From the NCBI GenBank assembly GCA_000092065.1, contig CP000600.1: a DNA stretch of 64,000 nt. One strand, written 5' to 3'. This stretch comes from Ostreococcus lucimarinus. Its lineage: Eukaryota. This document shows, in pieces, positions 59,643 through 64,000 of this stretch. The notes under the pieces were generated by a model. That model saw nothing but the letters and a program-made list of their open reading frames with translations. It made no database searches and was not told the origin of the DNA. The position numbers and the translations under genes were made by a program. The first letter of the stretch is position 1. Each line of letters opens with the position of its first letter.

Positions 59643-59993
59643 CGTCGCCGCGCGCGTGCCGTCGACCGCACCGAACGATCGCCCCGCGAGCGTCGACGCG
59701 CGCTCGACGCGCGCCGAGGCTCACGCGCGCGGCGCGCGGCGTCGACGCGCGCGCTGACTCAGCGTCCCAAAGGTCAACCTTTCGCGCGCGCGCCCCGCGC
59801 GACGCCCCGCGCGCGCGTCTCGACGCGATTCGTCGGGACGAAACGATGCGCGCGCGTTCGCCGCGTTCGCGCGCGTCGCGCGTCGCGTCGCGCGCGCGAT
59901 CGCGCGCGAGCGTGTGCGGGGACGCGATAAGATGGACGGGGCTTTATTATCCAGGAGGCACTTTTTCCGCGGTGCGCGCGCGTCGGAGGTCGG

Positions 59994-60213
59994 CGCGACG
60001 CGCGCGGCGGTCGAACGCGGCGAAAACGCGCGTTCGGATGGTGATGGGTTTAATGGTTTAATCACTACTCAGTAATCGTCGAAGCGCGACGCGCGCGGCG
60101 GTCGAACGCGGTGAAAACGCGCGTTCGGATGGCGACGGGTTTAATTACTACTCGTTCTCGACGGTCTTCCCCGAGCGACGATCGGTCTCAATAATCGTCG
60201 AAGTTCTTGATGT
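59994..60213. repeat. tandem ~90-bp direct duplication (two copies, second with 8-bp deletion) spanning the 3' end of the ICT1-like gene
   Basis: Copy A 59994-60084 and copy B 60084-60213 share gcgcgacgcgcgcggcggtcgaacgcgg(c/t)gaaaacgcgcgttcggatgg(t/c)ga(t/c)gggtttaat...taatcgtcgaag. Copy B supplies the last codons (FDDY-stop) of the minus-strand ORF ending at 60188. Confidence 0.85.
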
Positions 60214-61120
60214 TCTTCCCCGACCGTCGCTCCGTTTTCTTTTGCGAGGTCTGTTTCTTGTCTTGTAAGCGCCGTCGGTTGCCCTTCTCCACGTTGGCTT
60301 GAAGTTTCTTCTTCTTCCGCTTGTCCGATTGACTCCCCGGGAGCTTGGCGGCGCGATTTATGTAACTCTGAAGCTTTTCTAGCGCGTCGTCTACGTTTTG
60401 ACTCTGCGTGCGGTGACGCGTGCTGTTTACCACGAGCTCGCCGTTTGAGTTGACGCGATTCTTCTCCGCCACGACGAGTCGATCCGCGCACCACTGCGGC
60501 AACCACCCCGCGGCGACCGCCCCGGCGACGTCCAACCGCATATCGACTTTAGTATTCACTTTATTCACGTTTTGCCCCCCCGCGCCGCCCGATCGCGCGA
60601 AGGAGACGACGACGTCGTCCTTCGTCACCGGTCGCGGCGGCGTCGTGTCCGCCCCCTTCGGCGGTAGCGGTAACTCGTCCCGTATCCTCGGTCCCGCGAT
60701 TCCGCGCAGCGCGTCTTTCGACGATTTCGTCGTCCCGTCTCCGTCGTCGCCGAACGCGTCGTCGTCGTCGTCGTCGTCGTCTTCCTCGTCCGCCCACGGG
60801 TCGTCGTCGTCGTCGTCGTCGTCGTACAGTTCGTCGTCGTAATTCATCCCTCGCGCCGCGCTCATCCCTCGTCTCGCGCGCGGCGCCGACGCGCCGACTC
60901 GCGACGTCGCGCGCGTCGAAACCGAATCCAAATCCCTCGTTCGAGCCACCGCCGCGACGCCTCGCGGTCGTTTCGACGCCATCCGCGCGTGCGCGACGAC
61001 GGGTTTACTCTCGCACAATCCGCGCGCGCCGCGCCCGAGCGCGAGGCGCGCCGCGCGCGCGAGCATCGCGCGCGAGAGTGCGGTCCCGGTGTCCCGATGC
61101 CTCGACGCGCTCGCCCGCAT
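60188..61120 (-). CDS. ICT1: peptidyl-tRNA hydrolase ICT1/RF-1-domain protein (mitoribosomal L58-like) with poly-Asp insert
   Basis: RF-1 domain GGQ loop: SFARSGGAGGQNVNKVNTKVDMR; basic C-terminal tail KRKKKKLQANVEKGNRRRL. Acidic NYDDELYDDDDDDDDPWADEEDDDDDDDDA encoded by (GTC)n on the plus strand. The track start 61123 is GTG; ATG at 61120. The start may be later (MASKRPRG) given the divergent neighbour 55 bp away. Confidence 0.65.
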   Translation of the reverse strand: MRASASRHRDTGTALSRAMLARAARLALGRGARGLCESKPVVAHARMASKRPRGVAAVARTRDLDSVSTRATSRVGASAPRARRGMSAARGMNYDDELYDDDDDDDDPWADEEDDDDDDDDAFGDDGDGTTKSSKDALRGIAGPRIRDELPLPPKGADTTPPRPVTKDDVVVSFARSGGAGGQNVNKVNTKVDMRLDVAGAVAAGWLPQWCADRLVVAEKNRVNSNGELVVNSTRHRTQSQNVDDALEKLQSYINRAAKLPGSQSDKRKKKKLQANVEKGNRRRLQDKKQTSQKKTERRSGKNIKNFDDY

Positions 61121-61175
61121 CACCCCGCGCGCGCGCGTCCTCGCGCGTCGCGCGCGCCGCCGGATATCGCGCGCG

Positions 61176-62294
61176 ATGTTCGCGCGCGCGATGGCGCGCC
61201 GCGCGGCGTCGCGGATCGCGCGCGCGACGCGGTGCGATGGAATCTATGCGCGCGCGCTCGAATTCGCGGTCGGTCGTCGCGGCGTCGCGATGGGAACGCG
61301 CGCCGCGCGCGACGCGCGAGACGCCGGACGGCGACGCGCGGTCGACGACGCGCGACGCGCGATCGGCGACGACGCGCGCGAGGCCGAGGCGGCGCGCTCG
61401 CGCGTGGTGTTCGAGGAGGAGGTGCTGCCGGCGCTGCGCGCGTTTTACGCCGAGCGAGGACACCTGAACGTGCCGCGCGCGTACGTCGTCCCGAGCGACG
61501 CGCCGGCGGCGATCGCGGGAATGAAGCTCGGAAATCGAGTGGATCGGATTCGCTACCGAGGAGACTTCGTGAAGGGGAGCGAGGAGAGGATGAAGGCGCT
61601 GGACGCCGTCGGCGAGGCGACTGGGGAGACGTTTGCGTGGGACGGCGAGGATTGGGTGTTTTATAAGCAAATCATCCCGTGTTTGAGGTATTACATCAAG
61701 GAACACGGACACGGGAACGTGCCGATGGCGTACGAGACGCCGCGGGACGCGCGGGCGTATTCGAGCGCGAACGCGCTGAAGACGTACAACATGGGATTCG
61801 CGCTCGGAAAGCGCGTCAACGATATTCGAGCCAAGGGAACGTTCGTCGAGGGGCGACCCGATCGTTTCGACGCGCTGTCGAAGATGCAATTCGTGTGGGA
61901 CGACGAGGAATTCAATTGGTCGCAGCGCTTGATTCCGGCGCTGCAGCTTTACGAGCAAGTGCACGGGCACCTGAACGTGCCCAGCGCGTACGCGGTGCCG
62001 GCCAAGATGCCGTGTCCGTTCGGCGTCGCCCGTCCCGTCGTCGTTCGCAGAGACCTCGTCGGTTTCGAACTCGGCAGCGCGGTGGCGCAGATCAGACACT
62101 GGCGATTTCAGCGTCCCGGCACGTCCGAGGGCGCGGCGAGAAGTCGCGTTCGACAGCTCGACCGGCTCTCGCCGCTCGGCTTTCCGTGGGACGTCGCCGA
62201 GTGGGAACGCAGGGCGCGCGTCCTCAAGCGCGTGCGTCGTCGACGCGTCGACGCGCGCCTCGCGTCCGACGCCGCAGCGTCCTCGAGCGTCTAA
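61176..62294 (+). CDS. helicase-associated (HA) domain triple-repeat protein with organellar presequence
   Basis: The track start 61089 is GTG; ATG verified at 61176. Three HA-domain-like repeats: LPALRAFYAERGHLNVPRAYVVP...GMKLGNRVDRIR; CLRYYIKEHGHGNVPMAYETP...GFALGKRVNDIR; IPALQLYEQVHGHLNVPSAYAVP...GFELGSAVAQIR. Confidence 0.55.
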   Translation: MFARAMARRAASRIARATRCDGIYARALEFAVGRRGVAMGTRAARDARDAGRRRAVDDARRAIGDDAREAEAARSRVVFEEEVLPALRAFYAERGHLNVPRAYVVPSDAPAAIAGMKLGNRVDRIRYRGDFVKGSEERMKALDAVGEATGETFAWDGEDWVFYKQIIPCLRYYIKEHGHGNVPMAYETPRDARAYSSANALKTYNMGFALGKRVNDIRAKGTFVEGRPDRFDALSKMQFVWDDEEFNWSQRLIPALQLYEQVHGHLNVPSAYAVPAKMPCPFGVARPVVVRRDLVGFELGSAVAQIRHWRFQRPGTSEGAARSRVRQLDRLSPLGFPWDVAEWERRARVLKRVRRRRVDARLASDAAASSSV

Positions 62295-62537
62295 GTAGCC
62301 CGATGTCATCACACTAGCTAGCCCGGTGTCACCGCGCAGCCAGACCCGCGAAAAAAGCAAAAACGCGGCGACCCCGATGCGCCGCACATCCACGCGCGCG
62401 CGCGCGTTCTGACCGCGCGCGATCGCCGCGACGCGCACGCGCGTCGCGCGCATCGCGTTCGGTCGCCGCGCGGTCGCGAGGACGCCTCGGCGCGACGCGC
62501 GGACGTCGGATAATCGCGCCGATTCTCAACACCAATC

Positions 62538-64000
62538 ATGGACGCCCCGATGGATGGCGCCGTGGAAGCCGTCGAAACCACGGGATGGTTCCTCGCGCTC
62601 GCGCTCACGCACGCACCGATGATGGTGTTCACGCTGTACGCGTCGCTGACGATCGTCGAGCGCGCGCTGGGGAGCAAAAGGGGCAAGGTGAAGGAAAAGC
62701 CGCCGGCGCGAGAGGCGCCGCCGTACGTGTGCGTGCAGTTGCCGATGTACAACGAGCCGGCGTGCGCGAAACGGGCGATCGACGCGGCGTGTCTGCTGCA
62801 TTGGCCGCAAGATTTGATAGAGATACAGGTCTTGGACGATAGCTCGGACGGGACGGAGGATGTGGTGGACGACGCGTGCGCGGAGTGGCGGGAACGCGGG
62901 GTGGTGTGCAACGCGCTGCGAGCGAGCGCGGTGCTGAGAGGGAAATCGAGACAGACGAAGGCGGCGGCGTTGGAGTACGGTCGCGCGCGGACTTCGGCCG
63001 ATTTGATTGTGGTTTTAGACGCCGACGCGGTGGTTGAGGAGGATTATTTAGCGAAGATTGTGCCGTATTTCTACGACGAGCGAGGCGAGCGAAGGAGCGA
63101 GGTGGCGGTGGTGCAGCCAGACGTGACGTTTAAGAATTCGTCGCAAAACTTCTTGACGATGCATCAGGCGTTTAAGATGGAAGCAGACGCGATTGTAGGG
63201 AACAGGGCGTACATTCGCGCGTTTGGGTGCGCGCTGCGGGCGGGAAGCGGGGCGATTTGGAGCGCCGCCGCGCTTCGCGGCGTCGGTGGTTGGGACGTAA
63301 ACATGCTCGCGCTGGAAGGGACGGATATGTCCATGCGCACGCGCATGGCTGGGTACAGTGGGAAAGCGGCGGCGAACGTCATCATAGAAACCGAGCTCCC
63401 GTCGACGCTAAGCGCGTACAAAAGTCAACAGTTACGATGGATGTGGGCGTGGGCGTATTTAGCCAAGCGACACTTGGCTAGCGTGTTGTTCAATTCGTTC
63501 AACGGCGTGACCTCGGACATTGGTATCGGGGTTTTGAACGGGAACGTCGCTCGCTTGTGGTTTGCGCTCACAATCGTGCGTCCGGCGCAATGGTTGCTCC
63601 TCGCCGTGTGGTTATTACTCCTCCCTGAGCTCATTTTCGACGGCATGTGGCTCGGCAACGCCCAGCACGTGATTCACGGCGCCGTTTGGTTGTACTTTTT
63701 ACCCCTGTTGCTCATCTTGAAGGCGGATACGTTCGCGATGTCTGATGTAGAAGGTAAAGTTCGCTCGCCCCCGAAGTCCACGGGCGAGGCGATGAGCACG
63801 ATGCGCACGACGTTGCGCAAACTGAGCTGGATCGGCCCGCACGCGTGCGTGTCGCTCGGCATGATCGCCGTGTACTGCACCGGATACGTGCGCGGCATTT
63901 TCGGTTCCACCTACCCTTCCTTCGACGCCCCCGTGAGTCAGCTGCGCACGCCAAAGCTTGGAAATGGCGACGTCGAGCTGAGCGAAGCCGATCGCGGCGC
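62538..64000 (+). CDS. CSLA: processive family-2 glycosyltransferase, cellulose-synthase-like A/C type (mannan/glucomannan synthase-like); 3' partial at window edge
   Basis: ATG verified at 62538; open to the window end, so it is not in the ORF track. Motifs in order: VCVQLPMYNE, IQVLDDSSDGT, VLDADAV, LEGTDMSMRTRMAGY, QQLRWMW (QxxRW), then additional TM helices. Strong similarity to CslA (QIPMFNE...VQVLDDSTD...DADF...QQHRW). Confidence 0.8.
   Translation, partial: MDAPMDGAVEAVETTGWFLALALTHAPMMVFTLYASLTIVERALGSKRGKVKEKPPAREAPPYVCVQLPMYNEPACAKRAIDAACLLHWPQDLIEIQVLDDSSDGTEDVVDDACAEWRERGVVCNALRASAVLRGKSRQTKAAALEYGRARTSADLIVVLDADAVVEEDYLAKIVPYFYDERGERRSEVAVVQPDVTFKNSSQNFLTMHQAFKMEADAIVGNRAYIRAFGCALRAGSGAIWSAAALRGVGGWDVNMLALEGTDMSMRTRMAGYSGKAAANVIIETELPSTLSAYKSQQLRWMWAWAYLAKRHLASVLFNSFNGVTSDIGIGVLNGNVARLWFALTIVRPAQWLLLAVWLLLLPELIFDGMWLGNAQHVIHGAVWLYFLPLLLILKADTFAMSDVEGKVRSPPKSTGEAMSTMRTTLRKLSWIGPHACVSLGMIAVYCTGYVRGIFGSTYPSFDAPVSQLRTPKLGNGDVELSEADRG

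Overview
This window is GC-rich (~65-70%) eukaryotic nuclear DNA with extremely compact gene organisation. I count roughly 45 protein-coding genes in 64 kb; intergenic spacers run 30-300 bp and many neighbouring genes are arranged head-to-head. Introns are few and short (94-255 bp), with GT..AG borders and a strict ACTGAC branch motif. The gene content includes chloroplast-targeted PsbP, ArgB, MenA/ABC4 and TPI, plus ordinary eukaryotic housekeeping genes. Taken together this points to a Mamiellophyceae-type green picoalga (Micromonas/Ostreococcus-like), not a prokaryote or a virus. No rRNA, tRNA or CRISPR was detected.

Caveat on the ORF track: its leading M residues are often GTG or TTG codons. 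Because the DNA is so GC-rich, long spurious ORFs also run antisense to real genes. I therefore re-derived start codons from the sequence and inferred eight introns by splicing conserved protein segments.

The best-supported calls are RPS8, Sar1, SHMT, TPI, ArgB, XPC, DCAF12, LUC7, ALG12, CIAO1, HIBCH, PsbP, MnmA, a KEA-type antiporter and a CslA-like GT2 (partial at the 3' edge).

The most unusual signal is a ~0.7-kb AT-rich island at 23.74-24.42 kb, about 40% GC in a ~68% GC background. It carries a 28-bp near-perfect palindrome and a telomere-like TTTAGGG/TTAGGG motif, and the 3' half of an N-myristoylation-motif ORF (MGCAQS) runs into it. Candidate explanations are foreign (prasinovirus-like) DNA, a transposon remnant, or a centromere-like element.

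Four other features are worth follow-up:
- a giant P-loop GTPase with a split G-domain and nested acidic tandem repeats;
- a recurring ACTGAC branch-point signal with predominantly GTGCGT donors;
- a head-to-head XPC/DCAF12 pair next to a UBZ+SAM protein;
- a tandem ~90-bp duplication of the 3' end of an ICT1-like gene.
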